Shown one piece after another: positions 36,401 through 50,000 of a stretch of DNA of 64,000 nt (within the stretch, counting starts at the first letter, position 1; the number at the start of each line of letters is the position of its first letter). The position numbers and the translations under genes are program-made. Source of the stretch: Tubiluchus corallicola (Eukaryota; Animalia; Priapulida); assembly GCA_030141605.1 (NCBI GenBank), contig JAQGDQ010000777.1:32763-96762 (forward strand), given 5' to 3'. Below the pieces are notes generated by a model. The model searched no databases, was not told where the DNA came from, and was given only the letters and a program-made list of their open reading frames with translations.

Positions 36401-39400
36401 TAACATTGGTTGCAAAACCGCTCCAGAAGCCATTCGCCTCATCAGTTTAACCAGCTTATTTCAGAGGAACGATAGGTGGCTTCAGTATGGTCACCAATAC
36501 ATTTGCTAACCAGAGCCCAGAGCCAGCATTGTTTAACATTGGTTGCAAAACCGCTCCAGAAGCCATTCGCCTCATCAGTTTAACCAGCTTATTTCAGAGG
36601 AACGATAGGTGGCTTCAGTATGGTCACCAATACATTTGCTAACCAGAGCCTAAAGGCAGCATTGTTTAACTTTGTTTGCAAAACCGCTCCGGGAACCATT
36701 CGCCTCATCAGTCTTTGTGTTTCTAGGCAACGATAGACTGTCTAACCAGCTTACTTCAGAGCAATCATAGGTGGCTTCAGTACGGTAGGACCTCTGACAG
36801 GACCATGAGTTCACTGCTCGCCGCTTGCATTTCTGTGATAAATCTGTGTGAAGAATTACAGGAGAAACAGGAGGCGTAAGTACTGCTGGTTATTTTTGTC
36901 TAAAGACTTGTATATGCTTATGCTTCAGTTCAATTCAATAGATTTATTTTGCAATAAACAAATACTTATGCATTGCATGTACATTGATAATTTTTGTCTA
37001 AAGAGATGTATATGCTTATACTTCAATTCATTTCAATAGATTTATTTCGTAATAAACAAATACTTATGGATCACAAGTAAATGATAATTTTTGTCTAAAG
37101 AGATGTATGAAGTATATGCTTATGCTTCAATTCAATTCATTTGATTTATTTTGCAATAAACAATTGACGACAATTCATTGCAAATGTTGGACCAAGGCTT
37201 TGGAATGACATAAATGATGAATTAAAAACTGTTCAGCCTATTCAAAAATTTAAAAAGAAATATAGAGCAATGATTTTCAACAAGTACAACACTTCGTAAT
37301 ATCCTGCAACTACTGCAGCAGTCATACCACAATCCTGGTACAGATTATACAAAACAAGACATCATTGATAAATCTTTAGAGCTGATGTCAACATAGCACA
37401 ATCTATTATCTTTCTTCCTACCATTTCCACTAACACATCCTTCTACCCTTCCTGTGTGATCTAACCTTTCTCCTGGTTCTTTTTTTGTTCACTCATCCAT
37501 TCTTTTTTTATCGGGTTCACATGACAGTGGGCTTATACAAGCCTTTGCTTCTCTAGCCCAGTGCAGTACAATTAATCTTTTATGATAGCGATAGTGTATG
37601 AAACATGACAATTTAATACAGTATGAAGTAACAATTTTGTTGTCACTGTGTACTTAATGTCATTATATTGTACTGAATGTGATAATAATAAACTATAACT
37701 AAACTATAACGATGACATTGAAGATGATATTTTGTGACGAGGTCAGTGTGAAGAAGTTGTGTACTGAAAAATTGTCATATTTGGTTGCTCTGTATACTTG
37801 CTTCGTGTGATTAGTTTCGTTGTTTATAGGATGGCCACGGACCTTCAGCGGAAACTCGGCAGGCTGCTGGTCGCCTTGTGTCGTCGTGACCATCCGTCCA
37901 GCTTCACATGTCTCCTACTGTCCGCCGTGCAGACTGTTGTTACCAGCGAATCCTTCTGGTCGCTGACTAGCCCGGAGATCTTCGCCGCCGTGTACACTTT
38001 GGTATCGGCGCTGTACAAGCACCCTCATGTGAATATGTGTGATGCCGGACAGTGCAACGTGGTAACACGAGTGCTCATAGAGAAAGTCGGTCTTCACCAA
38101 CACTGTGAGGTATTTTGAGATCACCAAGTTCTTTGAAAATTATATACAGTAGGCACCTTTGATTAGATTCAGTGTTAATAGACTTACTAAAACTCTGGCT
38201 GCATTACTACCATCAATTATATTTAAATGTTCTGTACAATTATAGTTATTACTACAAGTATAATGTATAATTTAATCTCTTCTCCCCCACTTAAATTTGG
38301 GTACATATGTGTATATGTATATCATTGTATATACAAGTAAGCAATATGGTGCATTGTAATACAAGTAAGTTGTGCATTGACAGATAATCACATAATTCAT
38401 ATTCGTAACTGTTTACCCTCTTTACGGCTCATTCAAAGTCGTAATTACATATTATGTTTTCCTTTTTCAACTTTCAGGTTTATTGCTCTTATACCATTGC
38501 TATTATTACATCATTTACTTCATCCTTAATTACATTAAGTTATCTACAGAAGCATGCATAACTATAATCAGTTTTTCATTTAAGTAAGGTGAGTGTGTTA
38601 ATGACCGTATGCTCATACACTCACCTCGCACTACTCAAATTATTTTATTTAAAATTTATTAATGTGTTTGATATTGTATTTTCATAGTAAAATTCATAGT
38701 TCATAGTTCATTCGCATAATTGACTCAAAAACGCCTGGTACAGACCGCTTCAATTCAAATGTACATAAAAACTGTCGGTAATTGACTCAAATAACTCTGC
38801 ATAATTGACTCAATATTTTTGCTTCACATGCTTCAATGAGACACTTTCCTGTGACTAATAAGCTTTTATGACTTTTATATCACCTTAGTTCCCTTTTGTC
38901 CTATAATATACGTAGAAACAATCATGTTAAGTACCGTTTTGTTTGTAAGCAGGAACCTTTATCATACGCTAATATGCTAGCCAAATGGCTTGCTTTGAGC
39001 CGCCTGTATATATATACACGTACGTACGTACGTACGTACATGTGTATGTATGAATGTATATGTATTTATGTATTATGTATATATATATATTTATGTATTT
39101 ATGTATATATATATATATAACTCAATATTTGACTCAATATTTTTAGATATATTAATAAATATAGAACAAATATAGAATATAGAATGTGTGTGTGTGTGTG
39201 TGTGTGCGTGCGTGCGTGTGTGTACACATACACCCACACACACACATATATATATATACAGATATACACACATGCATAAATATATATTATATATTTATAA
39301 TATATAAAAATCTTAGCCTTGCCGTTGTAGGTTTAAAATTTATAGGGAGAAAGGAAGAAAACATTTACTTTTCATAATTAGATTTTCCTAATCAATTTTG

Positions 39401-42400
39401 CGAGCAATAGAAACAGCACAGTTTAGCACAAAGAAGATTATCTTGAGCTGTTCCGGAAACTTCCGTCCTTATCCCTTGACTTTCGTTACATTTTAGCTCC
39501 AGGAAGTCTTGATACACTGCTTAGTAAACGAGGTCCAGTCTCAAAAGAGCCATTCCTCTGTCGCGAGCACTGCGACGCACGTCAGTCCGGGGACGCGTGC
39601 TTCCGGAAGCAGCCGGGAACGCCTCCCGGAAAAGCGGAGAAGGCTGTCGGTGACAAAAGTTGCAGCGGCTGCGTCGAAAGCTGCAGAAAAGTAAGAAGTG
39701 CTTTGCGTAGTCTTGTAGGCAACATAGTTTGTGTCGCACACTTTATTTGTGATTCTTAATTTAAACAACAACAATAATAAGTCTACATGTGCTACCACCC
39801 GCATTTAGAATTATTTATTATTGAACTAAGTCAAGTTTAATCCAATGTCGTGGCCTAGGTCTGTGCTGCTCAGTCACCTGGGCTTCCCATATATGGTAGT
39901 GTTGATTGCTAGTGTTTTACTAGCCAATCAGGTAAGTTCAGTGGGTGCACGTGACTTGGGTAGCTCTGCCAAGGCCTGCTGGAGTTTTTTTCTTGAGCAT
40001 TGCTGTTGAATGGTCACCATGTGTCTTCTTTCCTGTAATTATTAGCATAAAGAGAAATAAAGTCTTTCACAGTTCAACAAATTTCATATTCTTTGCTTCA
40101 ACCACCAGAGTGAACCAATCTACAACAGTCTACACTAACTTCAGTCTTTCACAGTTCAACACAATTTTATATTCTTTGTTTCAACCATCAGAGTGAACCA
40201 GTCTACAACAGTCTGCACTAACTTCAATCTTTCACAGTTCAACACAATTTCATATTCTTTGTTTCAACCCCCAGAGTGAGCCAGTCTATAACAGTCTACA
40301 CTAACTTCAGTCACTCACAGTTCAACACAATTTCATATTCTTTGTTTCAACCACCAGAGTGAGCCACTCTAGACTAACTTCAGTCTAATATACTTCAAGC
40401 TCTCTACAAATTCAATCCTTCTATGCTCTCAACAATAAAGTTTTCTACAGTTTGTTTCTGTCATTTATGAATAGTTTGTGCAGTTTCACCTGTTTGCAAG
40501 GATTTTAAGTGTTCTGTAGCATTGAATCACAAAATAAGAGTGGAGTTGCAAGCTTTTTTCCATAAAATAGAAATATCGGCTTTACATTTTTCACTCTTTT
40601 GCCATTGTGAAAAGAAATGCTACTTGCTGTAATTAAATAATAATAATAATGGTTATAATAAATTCAACTAAACATGCATCTTACTGTAGCTTCTTCAAAG
40701 GAAGATAGGATGATTTTTCATATAGTATCCCATTTTGAAGTCCGTTAAAAACTATGCATTTTAACACAATTAATACTGGAAAAAAGCATTTCTAATAATT
40801 CTAATTAATGGTGGGCGAGCCCAACTTTTGATGACATCACAAACTAACAAAATTTTCAATAGCAAAAATGTTCTACGAGCGTGTTGCTATAAGATTTGTC
40901 GAAAATCTGTTTTTAATTTGTCTAAGGCAGCAAATGCATGTCATGTATAATTTTGCATGAAAATCCATTGTATAAGGAGTAGAAACTTAGAAAAATTATC
41001 TACTATCATCTAATTGTTGTTTAGTGAGAGCAGCTTTTCATTAACCCTTGCAAAACGCAGCAAACGCTTGCGGCCCTGAAGGAGTTAAGCAATTGTTTTC
41101 CAAAAATAAAAACGATTTGTACAAAAGTACTTAACACCGTGAAAATCTAAACACGGTAAAACATATTTCTGCCTACTATTGTTGTTGTATTTCCTCGCAA
41201 ATTGTTTCAGAGAATCGACAACAGATGGCGGCGCTGTGTCAAAGAACGAAGTCGGTGAGACTCTAAAGCTCGTTAGAAAACAGGTTGATATTATAATCGA
41301 GAGAATCCGTTTGCAGGTATGTTTCACTTCAGCCACATACTTTCCTTATCATTAATGTACAGTCATACCTCGGTTTTCGAACGTCACCATACTCGTACAA
41401 ATCGGTTTTCGACAAGAAAATTCGGCTGAAATTGTCTCTGCTCTCAACCAGAATTTCGGTACTCGACCAACCGCCAGACACGTGATGAACACATGCGGGG
41501 CAAGCCGAGTAGAGCAGAGCGTAGCCGACCGCGCCCGAGAGTACAAGATGTGAATTGCCTAACATCCCTAAGTGCTTTCTTCACTGATTTTTCTCCGCTT
41601 TTTCATGCAGGAACAATTAGGTTTTTCTTTCAAAGTAATTTTATTATGTTTTTCTTATCAATTATATCACATCTACTGTTTGAATAAACATTTTTGCATT
41701 ATTGTATTTCGTCTTAGTAATACTTTACAGTTTATTTGGTGCTTATTTGCTTTTACATTATTTCTTATGGGAATAAATGATTTGGTACTCAACCTTTTTA
41801 GGAACGAAGTATCGTTGAAAACAGAGTTATGACTGTATTTGAAATAGCATGCAATTAGTGCAATTTAGCTGCAGTTTCCGTGCAAAATTGTTAACAGACC
41901 AACCGAATTCGATTGAAATGAGTTTTTTTAACTTGAATTAGATTCAAATCTAAAATCATCAGTTTGAATAATTCAGTACTTTAACCACATACGTTCTTTA
42001 TCATTAATTATTATTATAATAAACAGATATTTTTAGCTTATTGCTTGTTGGTTCTTCAGTGTAAACATTAGCAATATGCAACACTCTTCGAAATGAAAAA
42101 TCAAAATTAAGAAAAATTTCTTCTCTATTAGGGCTTGTTATGGCTATTCAATGATTTCGAAGAATGTTGCATATTGCTAACTTTTACACAGAAGAAGCAA
42201 CAAGCAATAATAGATAAAGATAAAGCTGAAGAGTATGACATGAAAAGGAATGGAGATGATTCATCATCTCGAAAACGTGTTGCACGAAAAGTAGATGCTG
42301 TAGCATACTACAAACATTCGACAACTCATGCATCAGCACAGTGGTAAATTTACTTGTCGAGTTTTAGTACAATTCACTGAATATCTTACAGAAGCAGTGT

Positions 42401-43179
42401 TCTTCAATTTTCGCTTTCACAAACACGAGCAACACGCTTGTGGAATACTTTTGCTGTTGAAAATTTTGTTAGTTTGTGATGACATCAATAGTTGGGCTCG
42501 CCCACCATTAATTAAGTTTTTAATCTATCATTCAATTATCAGAAACGCTTTTGCAGTGTTAAAATGTATACTTTTATCGTATTTGAAAATGGGGTAGTGT
42601 GTGAAAAATCATCCTGTCTTCCTTTGATGAATGCGAAAAATATCAATATTTAATAGCATTAGAAATTGTCATAATGATTTATTAAACTGGATATTATATT
42701 CATTGTAATAATGTAAATATATAAATATTTTATTGACAATTTACAATCAATACAATTACAATTACTATTACAAGCTACAAAAAATTACGTAAACAATGCA
42801 GTACATTACAATGAAGAAAAAACCACACAGACAAAACCCCGCACATGGGGTATAATCTTCAACACAATATACAATAAAACACAGTAATAATAGTAGTAAT
42901 AGTAGTAGTAGTAGTAGTAGTAGTTGCAGCAGCAGCAGCAGCAGTAGTACTAGTAGTAGTAGTGGTAGGTATGTGGGTGGGTGGTTAGGTAGGTAGGTAG
43001 AAGTAGTAGTAGTAGTAGTAATAATAATAATATTAATGATGATGATGATGGTGATGGTGATGATGAAAATAATAATAATAATAATAGTAATTGTAATAAT
43101 AATGATAGTAATAGTAATAGTAATGGTAATAGTAATAGTAATAATGATAGTAATAATAATAATAATAGTAATAATAGTA

Positions 43180-43237
<58 letters not shown>

Positions 43238-46200
43238 AATAATAATAATAATTATAAATATTAATCATTATTGGTTGCATTGCTTAACTTTATGTAGAAT
43301 TCTAGTTCATACAACTTTTCTCATTCTCTTTCAGGATGGCAATTTAGAAATTCTTACTTGTGGATTGGCTGTGTTGGCGGAAAGTGTTGCCGTTGCTATG
43401 GCGACTGCTGGCGCTTTGCAGACTACTTGGGAATACTGGTTGCCATCGTTTTCCACATCAGCAGTGTGTACGCTTTGCATAGAGATGGTTAATTATGCTG
43501 CGTCTACAGGTGGAGCCACTGGTTATAAGTTCTACATGTCGGTACTGCATTTTGTAGCAGTTCTACTTTATGTATCAGGTATGCGGGTTTTTTTATATCA
43601 GAGTACAAATTTAAAAGAAGACCAGACAATTGTTTAGACTCAATCTCTTTTTGATTTACTGTCCAAAATATACGTTCTCTTTGCTATAAAAGTTACCAAT
43701 TGTTTCTTATATTTGAATAATTAGCTTAGAAAGTTAATTAACGGCAACCAAACACATCTATTGCTTACGTCAGGGACTAACCACAACTTGAGCAATGGCA
43801 GGCATCTTCCCTTGCACGTCAAGCATGTTTGCGTTAGTGTTACTGTTTAAATGCGTGATGTCACGAAAATGAGCTCGCGTCATATGACATCAGAAACCAA
43901 CACTGCAGTTCATGATCTTGGTTATCACGGTACTGTCTTCTATTTGTCGGCCACGCGAATGTGACAAAAAGGCGCCACTGCCAATCTTAGTAGATTCACT
44001 GAGCTTTGAGCATGTAGCTTTGAAAGTTTAACAAAATTTCTGTTTCTGAATTAATTATTGTTGATTCTAACCTTTGATTTAAAAAAAAGCTATTGTAATT
44101 TTCAATATTTTAGAGCATTCTTTATTCTGAACTAATGTTTACACAAGCATCCAGTTTCCCCTTAAAGCCAGTTCTCCAGAAAATTCTGGTAAATCTGCAG
44201 GAGGTCTGGCAGTGCCTCTCACTGGTAAACTAAACTTGCCATGTTTACTGTGTTACCGTGGTAACGAAACCTTGTATCCTTTGCGAGTCGATGTGTGCAG
44301 TTAGCGACGCCCCGTTTTCGTGAAATTTTACAATTTACAACGTCGTTTCAATTATTTTGGTTGTCTAAGAAGCATCTAAATGCGAAATCATGAAAAGTTT
44401 TTCGCTTGCGCATTACTACGGGGATGCCACCATGTTAGTATAGTATGCAATGGTGGATACGGGTTTTAGAACATTAGTGGGCCCAACAGCAGTTAGGGGG
44501 TCTGGGGGGACAATGTAACCTCCCCTGCGAGGCCTTTTGGGCCACCCCCTAAATACGGCACTGGTATAGTGTACATGTGAAATCTGTCTGAAATTTATTT
44601 ATTCATGAATAATACAGTATCTTAATTAGGGACTAATATTTTAAAATTAGTTTATACAATTATGTTCATTGTATCTATTCTATTCAATGTATCTAGCTTC
44701 AGATGGTATGCAGTTGGAAGCCAATGACTCCATCGATTTCTCTTCATTAATGTGGATTGTCTCCATTCCCTGGATTGCCGTGGAGTCGTCGTGGGTGGAT
44801 TTGTGGCTAGTCGATAAGCCGGCAGTGCTAAGAACTTGCGCTCAGGTTGCACAAATGTTGGGTACGTACAGCTTTTCCCGATTCACTTTTCGCGATTTAC
44901 TCTGGACGAATTTCCGGAATGGTAGTTATAAACAGGAGAATTGACTCTTTTTGTAGAAATTTAGAAAGCTGCCATTTGTTGCCTTAAAGGAAAGCCGGAT
45001 GTTTTTTCATATCCTACCCAATTTTGAAGTACGGTAAAAAGTATACATTTTAAGATATATAGTAATGCCAAAGCATTTCTTATAATTAACCTAAAACCTT
45101 AATTTGCGGTGGTTGAGCCCAGCTAGTGATGACATCACAAACTAACATAATTTTCAACAGCGCAAACATTCCATGAGCGTGTTGCACGTGAACAAAAAGT
45201 GAAGTACAGTGTGCTGTTGTACAACATACAGTGTGTTATACAGAAGCTTGGCAAATTTTGAGTTTAAAATTTAACTTTTTAATCTTAAATTTTAAACTCA
45301 AAATTAACACACTGTATAACAATATATATATATTGAGTTTTTGGAAGACCAGTATTGCCATTTTTGTAAATCGCGTAAATTCGTTGAGAAAATTTTTATG
45401 GACCCAGTACATTATTTCACAAGCTGACCGCTAGTTGGCAGGCCGTCACTTTGTTTACATTATTTACATCAGTGCAACGACGTGTATATCTCTATGTATA
45501 AAAATGTAGAATCAATTTTGCGGAGTTATTTGAGTCAATTGCAGACAGTTTTTATATACTTTTGCATAAGAGCGGCCAGTACTTAGGCGTTTTTGAGACA
45601 ATTAGGTATCGTGTATCCTTGATAGTTGGGTATTTTAAATTATGCATGAAACAAGGTAATTGATATTTTGAGTCCACTTAGAGGCTCTCTATGGTCACAA
45701 AATCGAAATTTGTTGCTGGCTCCAAGGGGGCTTTGCTCCTCAATTGCATTGCTGGCCTAGACGGCTCCCAAACCCCCAGCCTGTTTCAGAGTTTTTTGCA
45801 GTTTGTCACTCTCATCCCTGCAGTCAACCTCTGATATAAGGGACACCTCGAGACTAGAAAAAATCGTTCCTTATATCCGATGTCTTTATAACCGAAGTTG
45901 AGTCAGACCGAGGGTGTATCTAGACCTGTACTTCTCTGTACTTTTACCCATATTTTTATGGATTATTGCTACACATTCAGTGCAAACGGTATGTAGGAAG
46001 CTCCTTCAGTGATGAGAGATGTATGTGACCACGGAAACCGAGCTGTTCGAAGGTCGAGTTTGCAAAAAATTGAGGTTAAAGATCTATCAATTTCGCTTTG
46101 ATCATTGAGTCCCTTATATGCAAGGTAATTTGCCTGGGTTTCTATTACGCTGGACCTGAAGATATTGTCCCTTATAACCGAAAGTCTCTTATATCCCGAG

Positions 46201-46996
46201 TACCTTATATATGAAGATTTTCACATAGGAAAAACGTTACGAAAAATCGGAATTGGTGTTTATACCCGAGGTTGACTGTATTTGGTTATTTGTATTTAGG
46301 AGTGATTTTCCGCATGACAATTACATTGAGCTAAAATGTTTGCTTTTCTATACTTTTGTATTTACTAAATGATTTAATGGATTTTTTCAGACGAAGCCGC
46401 CCAGTGCAGATGCATCGATCTCCTTGGAATGTTCCCGAAGGGCGTGGCACCGGGATGGAAGATACACGTCATCAGGCTGGCCTTGGTAAAATGCATCTAT
46501 TGTATCTTTCGCTAATAAGCCGGGACAGTTTGCGTAACTTTGAGCAATAGCAAGGATATTTAGAGTTGGTAGTTAACACTTTAACCCACTTTTACGCTAA
46601 GTACAGTTCAGCAGCGCAAACTAGAATGTAGCACTCAATGATCGAGTTTACGAAAAAGGCGCTTGTGGAGTGAATGGAACCTAGTTTGTTATGAAGATTT
46701 CTGTGTGCAATAAAACAGCATGTAAGTGATACCAGACGGTTTAGACAAACAATTAGACCAGATGGTTTAGTCTAACGGTAGGGAGGACTGAGAGAACCAG
46801 CGGCGGGAGGACCTAAGATTTTAAAAATGGTACATGCTGTTGCCCTGCCTGGCACGTGGTATTTAGGGTAAAAGTGGGGTAATAATAGTCTCTGTTATGT
46901 AGATGTAGGTTGTTATTTACAGTCGGCGATAATAGCTCTTTGAGCTAATGTTAATTGTTGACCAAAAGCGACTTTAAATAATGATTATTATTATTA

Positions 46997-47043
<47 letters not shown>

Positions 47044-50000
47044 CAAATTTTCAAGATGATTTTTCAAGCTTTATCTGTGAAGTGCACTTTAAATTAGCTT
47101 TTTGGAAAAGAAAAATGTTCTGTGATTTTCAGACACTGGAGGACAGTGCTCTTCTTTACTCGTCGGCTTTGCGGGCCTTTGTGAATATCTTGCACAGACA
47201 CGGGTCGACGTCGCATCGCCTTGTGGCTGACCTGCTACATGCGGCGTTATCGACAGAAAACAAAGCATTGCTGCTGACGTTGGCTAACATATCGGCGCCG
47301 TTGTCGTGTATTCTTGCCGGCCAAACCGTTGTGAAAAGGTAAGGTAGCACTTTTGTCCTTTCAGAGAAGATATTTGCTTAGATTTGTATAAGTGACGAAT
47401 CTTCTAAGTTTGAGCTGTTTTATATTAGTCTGTGTGGACGTTGGAATTGTCCATTGTAGTTAGGTGCTGCCATCTATGTGCTCATTGCTCTTGAGAATAT
47501 TTAATATATATATATATATATATATATAAAGTTAGTAGAGCATCTCTGCATGAGTGTATCATTGTTAATGATTGTGGAAGTTGGTATTGTACAGTGTAGT
47601 TAGGTGCTGCCATCTATGTCCTAATCTTCTTACATTCTACCAGCTGACTTACCTTCAGTGTAATTGTATGGTCCAGTGACTACATACACACTGGTCCTCT
47701 CCCTATCTGACTTTAATGGTTGTTGTGAAGCCTGTGCAACTCTGCATAGGTCAAGTTCTATACCTGTATACTGACCGTGAAACAGGTTTTACTGACTGTT
47801 TTTGCTTTCTAGTTTTTGCTCAATGTTCAGTGCAGCAGTTTTGCTACTCGTGTTTTCTCTGTAAAGACTAAATAAACACTTTTCTGTTGTGCGCAGTGCA
47901 AATATTTAATATAGATTTTTGGTTCCTATCCATACTTCTCTGTGTCTAAACTCAATCATAACAAAGTGACTGAACAACAACTTCAAAAATGACTTTCGCA
48001 GTCTGTTCTGTTAAAGGAAAACTGAACCCCATCTTAAATCATAACTCAAAACAATCTACCTTTATTGATTATTGAAATAAAATACAGTTAACTGTACCAA
48101 ATACGAGTATAAGGTACTTGCTTATAAGGGACCACCAACACTGGTCCCGACTTTTTGTAATGTTTTTCCTTATAAAAATCTTCGAATATAAGGGACGATA
48201 TCTTCAGGTCCCGCATTATAGAAACTCAGGTAAATTACCTCGCATATAAGGGATCCTATAATCAAAGCGAAATGATAGATTTATAACCTCAATTTTTTCA
48301 CAAACTCGTCCTTTGAACAGCTCGGTTTCCACAGTCACATACATCTCGCATCACTGAAGGAACTTCCTACATACCATTTGCACTGAATGTGTAGCAATAA
48401 TCCACAAAAATATGGGTAAAAGTACAGAAAAGTGCAGGTCTAGGTACACCCTCGGTCTGACTCAACTTCGGCTATAAGGGACATCGGATATTAGGGACAA
48501 TTTTTTTCGGTTCAGAGGTGTCCATTATATCCGAGGGTGACTGTACATGTTATGCAAAGATGCAAAGCCTACTAGTGCACTAGTGTTTATGATAGAGGCA
48601 AGATTGCACATTTTTGTGCTTCTGTCACATTCTCATCGTATCTGCTATCTCACTCATCAAAAGGCATCTTTTGCTTCAGTTATTTTCATCTTTCCAATAT
48701 CATGTTAGAGTTTTGTCCAGCTGCTGACCAATTGTATCATTATTTAGTCTGTGCATTTTACGTTGGTATTTTTTATACGCATTGATCAGTTTCGTAACAT
48801 AAAAATGGATAAAATTGATAAACAAACTCTCTCTCTCTCTCTCTCCCTCCCTCCCTCATTCTTTCTCTCTCTCCCTCACTTTTATTTTACTTTACTTTAC
48901 TTTTGTTCATTTACTTTGTGTGTCACTAAGTGATAATTGTAAATATTTAAAACTGTTTTATGTACTTTGTCCTGAATGTATTTTTGTATATATGAACCTA
49001 GAGTTTTCGATAAAGACTCAAAGAACAAGAAAAGGGGTACCTGAAGTAAGTTTCAGAAAAATCGCCTTAAAAAATTATATTTAGAATATTTAGTTAGTTT
49101 GTTAGTTTGACCTATTATTATGTTTTGGTTATGCCTCTTTTCTCTAGAGCCGTAAACTTCAAACCTGGGTCGTCACTAACGCGTCTCTTAGTACTGGAGT
49201 GTTCTTACTGTTCTAATGGTTTTGCACTAAAAGCATTGCCAGTGGAGAGAGAGGTCAAATTAGTGGACGTGGAGTTGGTTGCTCCATTTTTTTCGCTTCT
49301 CACCAATTTTGATCCGGAAGTGAAGCTTGGTGAGTAAGCTCAGTTGTTTTGTCATCTTGTTAAAGGAAAATCGGACGATTGTTAAGACTCAATCTTGTTT
49401 TAATTTACTGTCCAAAATATACATTTTCTTGCCTATAAAAGTTATCAATTGTTTCTTATATTTGAGTAATTAGTTTAGAAAGTTAATTAACGGCAACCAA
49501 AACTGTGGCTACTTTGTGACGTAAGTGATAGCTGTAGCAACTGAACACAGCTATTACTTACATCACAAACTAACCACAGTTTGTGCAGTAAGGCAATCAA
49601 ACAGAAATATGGAAGCCAGTGACATTTTACTTAAACGAAAACCGGACGATTGTTTAGACTCAATTTTATTTTAATTTACTGTCCAAAATATACGTTTTCT
49701 TGCCTGTAAAAGTTAACTATTGTTTCTAATGTTAAAGTAATTTCCTTGGAAATTTAATTAGCGGCAACCGAACACAGCTGTAACTTATGTCACGAACTAA
49801 CCACAGTTTGTGCAATGGTAGTCATCTTCTGCCAAGAACATCTGTGTAAGCGGAGATTGCTATAAGACGCTGATGTGACGTCACGATATTACTTATGACA
49901 GTACAGCGCCTATTTGTCGGCCACGCGAATGTAACAAAAAGACCCCTTTGCCAATCTTAGTAGATTCGCGCGTTGCTTTGAATGTTTAATGAAATTTGAG

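Noticed and set aside
42192-42343. Extra ATR exon (KKQQAIIDK...)
   Set aside because: Exons 9 and 10 already join in phase 0, the candidate donor is out of phase, and it adjoins an interspersed repeat.
42768-43280. Low-complexity ORFs (poly-L/I/N), also those over the N gap, the GA tract and the minisatellites
   Set aside because: These are translation artefacts of microsatellites or Ns.
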